A stretch of DNA of 64,000 nucleotides from an uncultured Erythrobacter sp. (GTDB lineage: Bacteria > Pseudomonadota > Alphaproteobacteria > Sphingomonadales > Sphingomonadaceae): positions 523,120-587,119 of the forward strand of contig CANKYZ010000002.1 in assembly GCA_947488325.1 (NCBI GenBank), in the 5' to 3' direction. Below, piece after piece: positions 1-9,239 of the stretch. Position numbers and translations under genes: made by a program. Within the stretch, counting starts at the first letter, position 1; the number at the start of each line of letters is the position of its first letter. The notes beneath the pieces are model-generated. The model worked only from the letters and a program-made list of their open reading frames with translations. It made no database searches and was not told where the DNA came from.

Positions 1-1
1 G

Positions 2-364
2 GCAAGACGCGCCGGACTTGGCTCCTTTATTCCAGTATCTGATTTCGCCAATGAGCTCTCAAAAGAAATCGCCTGCAAGCTTGATCCCGAAGAGCAAAAG
101 CAGGCAGCCGAAGCGACTTTGGAAGCCACTCGCAACGGGGAGGACGGAATCGAAGGCCCACCGGTCGGTCAAACAGCCTCATGGTCATCGGACACGCGCG
201 AAAATGTCAGCGGCACATCAACTGTTACCGCTCGAGAAACTTCGCCCGACAGCGCCGACTGCATCATGGTGACCGATGTCATCATCGTCGAAGGCGAAGA
301 GACGCGCGCCGAGAAACGCATGTGCCGCCCGCCCGGCTCCGCGCGATATTCTATTGTCGCATGA
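2..364 (+). CDS. 5'-truncated exported protein, RT0821/Lpp0805 (17-kDa surface antigen-like) C-terminal domain
   Basis: Frame 2 is open from the window edge (ARRAGLGSFIPVSDFANELSKEIACKLDPEEQKQAAEAT...) to TGA 364. The GQTASWSS...C...KRMCR pattern resembles surface-antigen C-domains. The stop overlaps the next ATG (ATGA). Confidence 0.6.
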   Translation, partial: ARRAGLGSFIPVSDFANELSKEIACKLDPEEQKQAAEATLEATRNGEDGIEGPPVGQTASWSSDTRENVSGTSTVTARETSPDSADCIMVTDVIIVEGEETRAEKRMCRPPGSARYSIVA

Positions 365-1071
365 CGATACGTTTTATCCCGAGAGCGCTGACTGCACTCG
401 TTTGCTTTGGTTTGCTGGTCGGTGCGACGGACCCCAACAATCCAACCTGTCCGGCTGAACCCAACTGGGGGTCGACAGACGCTATGGCGCTGACCACTGC
501 TGACCGGAATGGAACGCGCGTTTTGCTAGCCGAAGGGCGGATCGACACAAGCCTACCAGAACGTCTGCGCGCAGCCATCGAAGCCGATGAAATGATCGCT
601 GAAATCTGGCTCAAATCGCGCGGCGGCAATGCCAGCGCGGGCAATGAAGCAGGCCGGATAATCAGATCCTATCGGGGAATGTTGACCCGTGTCCCGTCGG
701 GATGGACGTGCTTTTCAGCCTGCAATTTCATGTTCATGGGCGGCGATCGTCGCCATGTTGATGTAGGCGGCGTATTTATGGTCCACATGTTCACTCACAC
801 AAGTGACCGCTGGATTATTGATGATGCCGTAATCGACGGATCGCAGGCGACGACGGAGCTGATCGCCAGTATCGAACAATCGTCCGCCCTGCTCGCAACA
901 GAGGATAACGACTTCCTCATTCGCATGGGCATTAGCCGCAAATTGCTAACCGACATCATGTATCAGCAAAAGGCGGTCAGCAGCGAAGATGACCCGAGCA
1001 CGCGCTATTGCCTTTCGCAGTCCGAAGTGCGTGAATACAATGTCGTTCCAGAAGAGCGCCCTGCACCTTGA
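361..1071 (+). CDS. Exported COG3904-like protein with ClpP/crotonase-like fold
   Basis: ATG 361 overlaps the upstream stop. Signal-like N-terminus MTIRFIPRALTALVCFGLLVGA; motifs WLKSRGG, TCFSACNFMFMGG, GVFMVH. Confidence 0.6.
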   Translation: MTIRFIPRALTALVCFGLLVGATDPNNPTCPAEPNWGSTDAMALTTADRNGTRVLLAEGRIDTSLPERLRAAIEADEMIAEIWLKSRGGNASAGNEAGRIIRSYRGMLTRVPSGWTCFSACNFMFMGGDRRHVDVGGVFMVHMFTHTSDRWIIDDAVIDGSQATTELIASIEQSSALLATEDNDFLIRMGISRKLLTDIMYQQKAVSSEDDPSTRYCLSQSEVREYNVVPEERPAP

Positions 1072-1661
1072 GTACGGATGATGGAACCATTGCCCATTAC
1101 CAAACGAGCGTGCCGTTTTACACACTCGCCTTTGATCGATCGCATAGCCGCCATCTCGACGCATTTCTTGAGCTCCAGGAACCAGGCGCACGTATTCTTG
1201 AACTAGGATGTGGTACAGGACGCGATGCTGCACGCATGGTTGAGTGTGGATTTGCCATAGATCCCACCGACGGCACCCCAGCAATGGTGGCCAAAGCCAA
1301 TGAACGCCACGCTGTTAAAGCGCGACTTATGCGTTTCGAAGACTTGGACGCAGAGGCCAAATATGACGCTGTTTGGGCCCATGCCTGCCTGATGCATGTG
1401 CCTATCCACGATCTGCCAACGGTCTTAGATTCGATTTACAAGGCCTTACGTTTCGGCGGAATGCACTATGGAAGCTTCAAGCTCGGAACCGATCAATTCC
1501 GCGATGATCGCGGACGCTTGAACAGCACTGTTAGTCAGGAGTTTATCGAATCCCTCTACATCAAATGTTGCTTTGAATTGCTTGAATCAAAACCTTGGCA
1601 AGGTAAGGGAGCCGACGGGGTCATGCGCGATTGGATCGCGGTCACGGTGAGAAAATCATGA
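1068..1661 (+). CDS. Class I SAM-dependent methyltransferase
   Basis: ILELGCGTGRDA motif I; YDAVWAHACLMHVP; 4-nt overlaps with both neighbours. Confidence 0.9.
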   Translation: MSTDDGTIAHYQTSVPFYTLAFDRSHSRHLDAFLELQEPGARILELGCGTGRDAARMVECGFAIDPTDGTPAMVAKANERHAVKARLMRFEDLDAEAKYDAVWAHACLMHVPIHDLPTVLDSIYKALRFGGMHYGSFKLGTDQFRDDRGRLNSTVSQEFIESLYIKCCFELLESKPWQGKGADGVMRDWIAVTVRKS

Positions 1662-2308
1662 AGCGCACATTAGAAGCAATCTGCACCGGCACTGCCAGGC
1701 CATTTAACGGGGCAGAGACCAGCGCAATCGCCAAGCGCCCACGCGAAGGGCTCGTGCAATTCCTTGAAGACGGTCTAGCACCCGATGAGCAGGCCGACCG
1801 CCGCGTGCATGGCGGGCCAGAGATGGCGGTTCACCTCTATCCGCTCGATCACCATGAATATTGGCGCGGCGAACTGGGAGCGTTGGAACTACTCGACAAA
1901 CCCGGTGCGTTTGGATCTAATCTCGCCGTAAACGGTCTCACAGAATCCGCGGTGCATATCGGCGACCGGTTTCGCGTTGGCAGCGCCCTGCTCGAAATCA
2001 GTCAACCGCGCCAGCCGTGTTGGAAGATCGAGCACCGCTTTGGAGCGTTGTGCAACGCGAAGGGAATGGTCGCTAAGATCGTCAAAACGGGCCGATCAGG
2101 GTGGTATTTTCGCGTGATCGAAATCGGCGAAGCGCAAGCAGGTGACGAAATCGAGCGGGTCGCCATCGGCGTGACTGACTGGAGTGTTGCGCGAACATTT
2201 GCAGCTCTGATGGCGGGTAAAGCTAGCAACCAGGAATTGGCCGAACTCACTGAGATGCCGCAATTGGCGCCTAAATTGCGCCAAAGAGCGCGAGCGAAAC
2301 TGGCTTAG
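1658..2308 (+). CDS. MOSC domain protein (YiiM-like)
   Basis: SAIAKRP, DEQADRRVHGGPEMAVHLY, PGAFGSNL, IGDRFRVGSALLEISQPRQPCWKI, GRSGWYFRV; ATG 1658 in ATGA overlap. Confidence 0.9.
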   Translation: MKRTLEAICTGTARPFNGAETSAIAKRPREGLVQFLEDGLAPDEQADRRVHGGPEMAVHLYPLDHHEYWRGELGALELLDKPGAFGSNLAVNGLTESAVHIGDRFRVGSALLEISQPRQPCWKIEHRFGALCNAKGMVAKIVKTGRSGWYFRVIEIGEAQAGDEIERVAIGVTDWSVARTFAALMAGKASNQELAELTEMPQLAPKLRQRARAKLA

Positions 2309-2359
2309 AACACTGGCTGGCTGATTGATGCCGCTCGGCCCTGCTGTTAAGGCGCTGTA

Positions 2360-3157
2360 ATGCAAGCCGCTGCCCCCCTCCCCGCTGTCCTAGTAACCGG
2401 CGGAGCAACACGGATTGGCGCTGAGATTGTAAAGGGTTTTGCTGCTCAAGGTTGGCATGTGGTAATCCATTACCGCAGTTCCAGCGGCGCGGCAGCAGCT
2501 CTCTCCAGGGCCCTGCCCTCCGCTGAAACGGTTTTTTGCGACCTTTCTGACGATCGGGCTGCTGCGCAAATGGTTGAGGAACTCGCCAATCAGTTGCCCA
2601 ATTGGCGCTGTTTAGTAAATTCCGCATCAATTTTTCACTATGACAGTGCAACCAAAATCGATCCGCAAACGAACCGGGATGTGATGCAGGTTAATGCACT
2701 CTCTCCCGCGCTTATGGCGCAGAACTTTTTTGAACGTGCTCGCTCCGCTGGCGTTCGCAGCATAATCAATGTCACTGACATGAAGCTGGAAAACCCTAAT
2801 CCCGATTTCTTCAGTTACACAATGTCGAAACACGCGCTGTCCGCGACAATCCCGATGATGGCCGAATCTAGGCATACCGAAACTGGAAACAGGGACCGCG
2901 TTTACGGGTTAGCCCCTGGCGCAATCCTTGCCAGCCATGACCAAAGCGAAGACGAGACAGAGATATCACACCGGCTCAATTTGCTGGGGCGTAAAACTGG
3001 CGTTGATGAGATCGTCGACGCTGCTTTATTCCTCGCTGCGGGTACGCTCAAAAGCGGCTCCACTTTATTCGTCGATAGCGGGCAACATCTTTTGTCCCAA
3101 TCTCGCGACGTAATATACTTGGCGCGTGAGAAGGTATCGAGACGTGGCCAAAAATGA
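2360..3157 (+). CDS. SDR oxidoreductase, pteridine-reductase (FolM/PTR1)-like
   Basis: VLVTGGATRIG, VVIHY, LVNSASIF, NPDFFSYTMSK (YxxxK). Confidence 0.8.
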   Translation: MQAAAPLPAVLVTGGATRIGAEIVKGFAAQGWHVVIHYRSSSGAAAALSRALPSAETVFCDLSDDRAAAQMVEELANQLPNWRCLVNSASIFHYDSATKIDPQTNRDVMQVNALSPALMAQNFFERARSAGVRSIINVTDMKLENPNPDFFSYTMSKHALSATIPMMAESRHTETGNRDRVYGLAPGAILASHDQSEDETEISHRLNLLGRKTGVDEIVDAALFLAAGTLKSGSTLFVDSGQHLLSQSRDVIYLAREKVSRRGQK

Positions 3158-3852
3158 TCCGTAAACCTCCCAGACGGCACTCGCTGCTCACACGGACTTG
3201 GCACTGGATCAACGCAATAGCGCTGATTGTGCTGTTTATGTCTGGCCTTAACATCTCAAATGCTCACAGGTTCCTCTATTGGGGCAATTATGGGTATGAC
3301 CCAGCAGATGCATGGATGACGGTGATGCGTTTCCCTGCTTGGATCACAATCCCGCAGCGCTATGACCTTGCAGAGGCACGGGACTGGCACAGCACATTTG
3401 CATGGATCTTTGCGCTTGGATTGTTGACGATGTGGATTGGTAGCCTGATCAGCCGGCATTTCTGGCGCGACATTGCGACAAAGCCAAGTGACTGGTCGCT
3501 ACGTTCAATTTTACAAGCGATCAAAGAGCATTTGCCCGGTAGTTCTCGCATTGAAGACCGGACCTACAACCCTGTCCAAAGGATTGCCTATGGGATCGTG
3601 CTAGGGATGTTCCTGCCAATGATGGTCTTTACCGGGCTGGCGATTAGTCCGGGAATTGAACCGGCCGCGCCGTGGTTGGTTGATTGGCTCGGCGGCCGCC
3701 AGAGTGCCCGCAGTCTACACTTTATTTTTTCCTGGGCCCTATTCGGTTTTGTGGCGGTGCATATCGTTATGGTGTTGGCTTCGCACCCGCTGAAACGGAT
3801 TTCGCATATGATTGCAGGTGGCCCACGTGCAGAGGATGGCACCAATGACTGA
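3154..3852 (+). CDS. Cytochrome b/b6 domain membrane protein (YdhU/PhsC-like)
   Basis: TRTWHWINA, ARDWHSTFAW, YNPVQRIAY, RSLHFIFSW, HIVMV: four transmembrane segments with haem-ligand histidines. Confidence 0.85.
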   Translation: MIRKPPRRHSLLTRTWHWINAIALIVLFMSGLNISNAHRFLYWGNYGYDPADAWMTVMRFPAWITIPQRYDLAEARDWHSTFAWIFALGLLTMWIGSLISRHFWRDIATKPSDWSLRSILQAIKEHLPGSSRIEDRTYNPVQRIAYGIVLGMFLPMMVFTGLAISPGIEPAAPWLVDWLGGRQSARSLHFIFSWALFGFVAVHIVMVLASHPLKRISHMIAGGPRAEDGTND

Positions 3853-4594
3853 TATCAAACGCCGCACCTTGCTCGCCGGGATGGCCGCACTGCCAGCTGC
3901 TGCTTGTTCAGAGTTAGCCGAGACCGGGCCTGTGGGCGATCTGTTCGATACGGCAGAAAGCTGGCACCGGACCGCGCATCGCGCACTTGCTAAACGGCAA
4001 GCACTCGCGCCGGAATATCGGCCTGATCAGCGCTCACCTGATGTCAAAGGCAATGGCTCACAAACAGTCGATACTGCTGAATACCGCGCTCAATTGGCAA
4101 ACGGTTTTACCGATTGGCGACTTGAAGTGCGCGGTTTGGTCGAAAACCCGTTAAGCCTAAGCATTGCTGATCTGCATGCTCTGCCCCAGCAAACTCAGAT
4201 CACCCGGCATGATTGTGTTGAGGGCTGGAGCGCTATTGCCGAATGGAGTGGCCCTCAACTTTCGATCCTACTCGACACGGCAAGAGTGCGCGAAGAAGCG
4301 AATTTCATCGTCTTTCGCTGCGCCGACCGTCTTTATAATCGCGACTATTACGAAAGCATCGACATGGTCGATGCCTATCACCCTCAGACGATCATCGCGC
4401 ATGAATTGAACGGCGCACCCTTGCCCGAAAAGAACGGTGCGCCCTTGCGTATGCGGATTGAACGGCAGCTGGGATACAAACACGCCAAATATTTAACCGC
4501 GATTGAAGCGGTCGCCAACTTTGATGAAATCTACGACGGCAAAGGCGGGTTTTGGGAGGATCTTGGTGATTACCAATGGTATGCCGGAATCTGA
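3845..4594 (+). CDS. Molybdopterin-dependent oxidoreductase, sulfite-oxidase/MsrP-like family, probably Tat-exported
   Basis: KRRTLLAG twin-Arg leader; TRHDCVEGWS (Mo-ligand Cys); NGAPLRMRIERQLGYKHAKY; GGFWED; ATG 3845. Confidence 0.85.
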   Translation: MTDIKRRTLLAGMAALPAAACSELAETGPVGDLFDTAESWHRTAHRALAKRQALAPEYRPDQRSPDVKGNGSQTVDTAEYRAQLANGFTDWRLEVRGLVENPLSLSIADLHALPQQTQITRHDCVEGWSAIAEWSGPQLSILLDTARVREEANFIVFRCADRLYNRDYYESIDMVDAYHPQTIIAHELNGAPLPEKNGAPLRMRIERQLGYKHAKYLTAIEAVANFDEIYDGKGGFWEDLGDYQWYAGI

Positions 4595-4596
4595 CC

Positions 4597-5034
4597 TTAT
4601 TCAGGGTAGATCCGGTTCATAGCAGCCCAATCCTTCGCGATCATTTCTTCGAGTACTTCAAGATCAATATCCGACAATTTATTGATATAGATACAGCTTT
4701 TTCCCGTCTTATGCTTACCCAGTCGCGTCAAAGCCTCTTCGCGTTCGCTTGCAGCCAGATCATCGCAATAACCGCCCATCATATACAGCGAGTGCTTTGC
4801 TTTGCGCGGGGAGAAACCCGCCCGCATCCAATGCACATCGCGGCCGCTGGCATAGATCGTACGATATTCGCCAAAGCCGATTATCGATCCACCCCACATG
4901 CGCGGCTTTTCGCCCGTCACCTTCTCAAACAACCGAAGCAATATCCGCGCATCATCACGTTTAACCGGCGGTTCGACCGCAGCAATGAAACCTTCGACCG
5001 ATACGTCATTCGCCTGGGTCTTTGCCTCTGCCAT
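4597..5034 (-). CDS. DUF1801 (YdhG-like) protein
   Basis: MWGGSIIGFGEY, GFSPRKAKHSLY, LGKHKTGKSCIYINKLSDID. Confidence 0.85.
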   Translation of the reverse strand: MAEAKTQANDVSVEGFIAAVEPPVKRDDARILLRLFEKVTGEKPRMWGGSIIGFGEYRTIYASGRDVHWMRAGFSPRKAKHSLYMMGGYCDDLAASEREEALTRLGKHKTGKSCIYINKLSDIDLEVLEEMIAKDWAAMNRIYPE

Positions 5035-5138
5035 TGTTTCCCTCCCATTCGATGCCTATTGCGCAATTGACAGGCTAGCACAGACCGCGCCATCTGCGGT
5101 GAATTTCAATTTAAATGCACTAAGGACTCAGCAAATCC

Positions 5139-6443
5139 ATGTGGTTACTCGATAAGTTTCTCGGCAAAGTCATCCGCGAAGGGCGCCTGACCGTAACCGA
5201 CCATACCGGCAAGACTTATGAATATGGCGACAAAGATGATGGGACCGAGTCTCTCCGCATTCGCTTGACCAACAAGAAAGCCGCCCATCACATAGCTCGT
5301 TACCCGCAAATGGGAGCAGGCGAAGCGTTTATGTGGGGTTGGCTGGTTGTTGAAGAACCGCACGACATTCGTGATCTTTTGCTGTTCGTCACAGCAAACA
5401 CCAAACGGATCGGTGACAGCGCGATTCAGGCACAGGGTCCAGTGAAGAAGATCGCGCAGAAAATCGGTGCCGCAATAGACGGGATCAACCTGCGCTCATC
5501 TGCCCGCGCCAATGCCGAACACACATATAACCTCACACGCGAACTGTATGAGCGTTTCCTCGATGAGGACCGCCAATACACAATGGCATATTACCGTGAG
5601 GATGATCCCAACCAGACCAGCCTTGAACAGGCCCAAATGGACAAAAAGGCACACCTCGCCTCCAAACTCTACCTTGAGCCAGGCAAGGCCGAGGGCATGC
5701 GCGTTCTCGACATTGGCTGTGGTTGGGGCGGTTTCGGGCTCTACCTTAACAAAATGTACGGCGTCGAAGTACTCGGCGTCGCGCTGGCACCGGATCAGAT
5801 TAAGTTCAGCAATGAACGAGCAGAGGCACTTGGCGTTTCAGACAAAGTGAAGTTTGAACTGCTCGATTACCGCGATGTTAAGGGGCAGTTCGACAGGATT
5901 TCCAGCATCGGCTTGCTAGAACATGTAGGCACAATTCACTACCCGCAGTTCTTTGAACACACCAACAAGATCCTCAAAGATGACGGGATAATGATTTCGC
6001 ATTGCTGCGGCCGCGCAGGCCCTCCGGGAACCACCGATGCGTGGACGCGCAAGTATATCTTCCCTGGCGGCTATATCCCTGCCCTTTCTGAGCTTGTGAA
6101 AGAGAGCGAGCGAAACGGCTTTCAGATCATGGATGTCGAAGCGATGCGCTTCCATTACAGCCACACGCTGGAGGAATGGTACAAGCGCACTGTCATGCAC
6201 CGCGAAGAGATCACAGAAATGTACGATGACGTGTTCTACCGCATGTGGTTGTTCTATCTCGCCGGTGCAGAGCAAAGTTTCCGCAATGGCGGCATGGTCA
6301 ATTGGCAACTGCAATATGTGAAGGACCGCACCGCGATCCCCATGACTCGCGAATATATGCACCACGAAAGCGCACGTCTGCGCGAAATCGGCGAAGTGCC
6401 AAGCTGGCGCTTTGACCCCGGACTGAAAGAAGCAGCAGAATGA
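5139..6443 (+). CDS. cfa: Cyclopropane-fatty-acyl-phospholipid synthase family methyltransferase (copy 1)
   Basis: LDEDRQYTMAYY, VLDIGCGWGG, FDRISSIGLLEHVG, KYIFPGGYIPALS, RFHYSHTLEEW. Confidence 0.85.
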   Translation: MWLLDKFLGKVIREGRLTVTDHTGKTYEYGDKDDGTESLRIRLTNKKAAHHIARYPQMGAGEAFMWGWLVVEEPHDIRDLLLFVTANTKRIGDSAIQAQGPVKKIAQKIGAAIDGINLRSSARANAEHTYNLTRELYERFLDEDRQYTMAYYREDDPNQTSLEQAQMDKKAHLASKLYLEPGKAEGMRVLDIGCGWGGFGLYLNKMYGVEVLGVALAPDQIKFSNERAEALGVSDKVKFELLDYRDVKGQFDRISSIGLLEHVGTIHYPQFFEHTNKILKDDGIMISHCCGRAGPPGTTDAWTRKYIFPGGYIPALSELVKESERNGFQIMDVEAMRFHYSHTLEEWYKRTVMHREEITEMYDDVFYRMWLFYLAGAEQSFRNGGMVNWQLQYVKDRTAIPMTREYMHHESARLREIGEVPSWRFDPGLKEAAE

Positions 6444-7696
6444 GCGAAGGCCTGATCGATCGTTTTCTTGGCTCCGTTATCAAACAGGGGCAACTGACGG
6501 TCACATTGCCTTCGGGCAAAGTACACACAATCGGCACACCGACGGACGGTTTTCCCGAAGTCGCGATAACCCTGACCGATAACAAGGTCGCGCGCGATAT
6601 TCTGTTAGACCCGCGTCTCGGCGCTGGTGAGGCTTATATGGACGGGCGGATCATCATTGATAACGGTGATGTGATGCAGCTGGTGCAATTGCTCCGTGCG
6701 AATAAACCATGGGAACGGGGCGAAAGGCTCAAAGCCCCCTCAACGTCAGTCTTTGCAGCACTAAAGGCCCGCGCAAAATTCCTTAGAGCGTCGTTTAATG
6801 AGGCAACCTCCTCAAAACGCAATGTCGCGCATCATTATGACATCGGGAATGATCTGTATGATCTAATGCTCGATCCTGAGCACATGCAATATAGCTGTGC
6901 CTATTGGGATGAAGGCGTAACCGATCTGAGCGGCGCGCAGGAGGCGAAACTTGCTCATATCGCAGCAAAGTTAGCGCTGACTGACGGCCAAAGTGTGCTC
7001 GATATTGGCTGCGGATGGGGCGGAATGGCGATATTTCTCGCGCGCCATTTCGATGTGCATGTGACTGGAATCACTCTATCCGAAGAACAACTCGCACTCG
7101 CTAAGAAACGGGCTTTGGACGCCGGTGTCGCGGAGAAGGTGGCGTTTGAATTGATCGATTACCGCGATCTTGCTGCACAGGGCAGACAGTTTGACCGGAT
7201 CGTATCCGTTGGCATGTTCGAACATGTCGGCAGACCGCAATTCGAAACATTCTTCCGGGCCTGTACCAATCTTCTCAACAGCGATGGGGTGATGCTGATC
7301 CACACAATCGGCCGTTTCGGCGAACCGGGCGTGACTGATGCCTTTACGTCAAAATATATCTTCCCCGGCGGCTATATTCCGGCTCTTTCAGAAACGCTGG
7401 CCGCGTCTGAGAAGTCCCGCCTGATTCACACTGATATTGAAACGTTACGGCTCCATTACGCCAAGACCCTCCGCGTCTGGTACGCAAAATGCGAAGAGCA
7501 CAAGGAAGAGATCATCGATCTGTTCGATGAACGTTTCTACCGCATGTGGACATTCTATCTATCCGGGGCAACCGCGGCGTTTGAAAGCGGCAGCATGGGA
7601 AACTATCAAATCCAGTTTGCGAAAAACCGCCATGCACTGCCCATCACCCGCAACTATATCGCGCAGACTGAAAGCGCTTTGAAGAAAGGCGCTTAA
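6440..7696 (+). CDS. cfa: Cyclopropane-fatty-acyl-phospholipid synthase family methyltransferase (copy 2)
   Basis: NVAHHYDIGNDLY, MQYSCAYW, VLDIGCGWGG, FDRIVSVGMFEHVG, KYIFPGGYIPALS, LHYAKTL. Confidence 0.9.
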   Translation: MSEGLIDRFLGSVIKQGQLTVTLPSGKVHTIGTPTDGFPEVAITLTDNKVARDILLDPRLGAGEAYMDGRIIIDNGDVMQLVQLLRANKPWERGERLKAPSTSVFAALKARAKFLRASFNEATSSKRNVAHHYDIGNDLYDLMLDPEHMQYSCAYWDEGVTDLSGAQEAKLAHIAAKLALTDGQSVLDIGCGWGGMAIFLARHFDVHVTGITLSEEQLALAKKRALDAGVAEKVAFELIDYRDLAAQGRQFDRIVSVGMFEHVGRPQFETFFRACTNLLNSDGVMLIHTIGRFGEPGVTDAFTSKYIFPGGYIPALSETLAASEKSRLIHTDIETLRLHYAKTLRVWYAKCEEHKEEIIDLFDERFYRMWTFYLSGATAAFESGSMGNYQIQFAKNRHALPITRNYIAQTESALKKGA

Positions 7697-7720
7697 GCGT
7701 TCCTGATGTCCCGGTGACGA

Positions 7721-9064
7721 TTAGCTTCGTTTGACCATCGCGTAGACTGGACCAAAGCCCAGAAATGCCGCACCAATAAACGGGAAAGCTACCACCCATA
7801 GCCGGATGCCCGAAAGGCTTTCCGGGCTCGCAATGGTAATGGCTGCGGTCATCGCAAGACCAACGCAGATCAACAACACGCCTGCGACAACCCGCGCCTT
7901 TGGTACAGTGCGCCCGCCTCTTATCGGCCCAAAACTGCGTTCATGCTTTGAAAAAATCGCGATCAAAGGCAACAATGCGACCATATAGATGCCGAGCCAC
8001 AATGGACGAGAAATCCACCATTCGCTCGTGCCCGGAACCGAATTGAGGCCCATTCCTCCAAACGCTAACCAAACGACCGTCATCACCAGCACAAACGCAG
8101 TAAGGTGCCACAAATAAACGGTCATAATCATGCCGTTCATCAGCACAGTCGCTGTCCAGATGCCGATATTGTTCAGCATCTTGCGGCCCAATGGTTCCAA
8201 TGCGAGCACCAGTCCCGTTTGCGCTAGACCCAATGCGAACAGCGCCAGCGTTGGCGGAAGTGAGTTGGAGAAACCTCCAGGCGCGGAGACCATTGAAACA
8301 GGGTAGAAACCATAGACCGTGATCGCGATCAGGACACACAGCCCCACCACGAACCATCCAAGCGCAAAAATTTGGTTCTCAAACTTCCCTTCTCGCCATG
8401 CAAAGCCAAGCTGATGGATTGCCAGAAACACCCATAGGAAATTGGTGAAGTTGATATACTCCACGCCCATCTCAAAGGTCAGCCAGTCTGTCATCATAGC
8501 CAGCGGGATGTAGATCGCAAAGCTCAACCAGCCAAAACGCTGCCAGGCTTTATGTGTGAGCGGCGTGCAAGCCGTCACAATCAGGTAAACCGCCAGGAAC
8601 CAAACAGGGATCAAAGCCGCCTCAGTCGCATCGCTAATCTGTGCGCGATCAAGGCCAACTTGTGTCATGACCACAGCGATTACAGCCCACACCAACAACA
8701 CCGGGAATGTCGGCGCGATCAAGCGCTGAACACGGCTCGCCAACCAGTCGCGATAGACGCCGACTTGCCCAAGTTCGGCCTTTCTCAGGGTCGCGTCCCA
8801 GCTCACTCCGTTTGAATATCCACCCACCAGAAAGAAGACTGGCATGACCTGAAAGCCCCATGTGAGCCAGTGTGTCCATTGCTGCGTGCTAAGCAAATCT
8901 CCGCGCTGTAGCTGACCCGCACCATCAACATAGAGGCCCGCCATAAGCCAATGGCCAAAGACAACCGCCATGATCGATAACGCCCGCAGGAAATCGACCC
9001 AGCGATTTCGCTCTGGCGGTGCCATCTGCGCCAACTCGCGTGCTTTGCCCCACATGCCTGCCAT
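7721..9064 (-). CDS. Acyltransferase family 3 integral membrane protein
   Basis: ERNRWVDFLRALSIMAVVFGHW, MPVFFLVGGY, YLWH; multiple transmembrane segments. Confidence 0.85.
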   Translation of the reverse strand: MAGMWGKARELAQMAPPERNRWVDFLRALSIMAVVFGHWLMAGLYVDGAGQLQRGDLLSTQQWTHWLTWGFQVMPVFFLVGGYSNGVSWDATLRKAELGQVGVYRDWLASRVQRLIAPTFPVLLVWAVIAVVMTQVGLDRAQISDATEAALIPVWFLAVYLIVTACTPLTHKAWQRFGWLSFAIYIPLAMMTDWLTFEMGVEYINFTNFLWVFLAIHQLGFAWREGKFENQIFALGWFVVGLCVLIAITVYGFYPVSMVSAPGGFSNSLPPTLALFALGLAQTGLVLALEPLGRKMLNNIGIWTATVLMNGMIMTVYLWHLTAFVLVMTVVWLAFGGMGLNSVPGTSEWWISRPLWLGIYMVALLPLIAIFSKHERSFGPIRGGRTVPKARVVAGVLLICVGLAMTAAITIASPESLSGIRLWVVAFPFIGAAFLGFGPVYAMVKRS

Positions 9065-9239
9065 TTATATCTCCCCACCCTGACTTTGTATCGAAGTATC
9101 AGTATTCCGTAACAATCAAGCAAGGACTTGAACGCAAAAGGTGTTCAAATGGCAAATGCAGACTAAATCGACGCTTCTACCCCTTTCCTAATGCCGGTTT
9201 TGTCGGCATTGGGCGCCTGTATTCAGGAGCTGCATCCTC

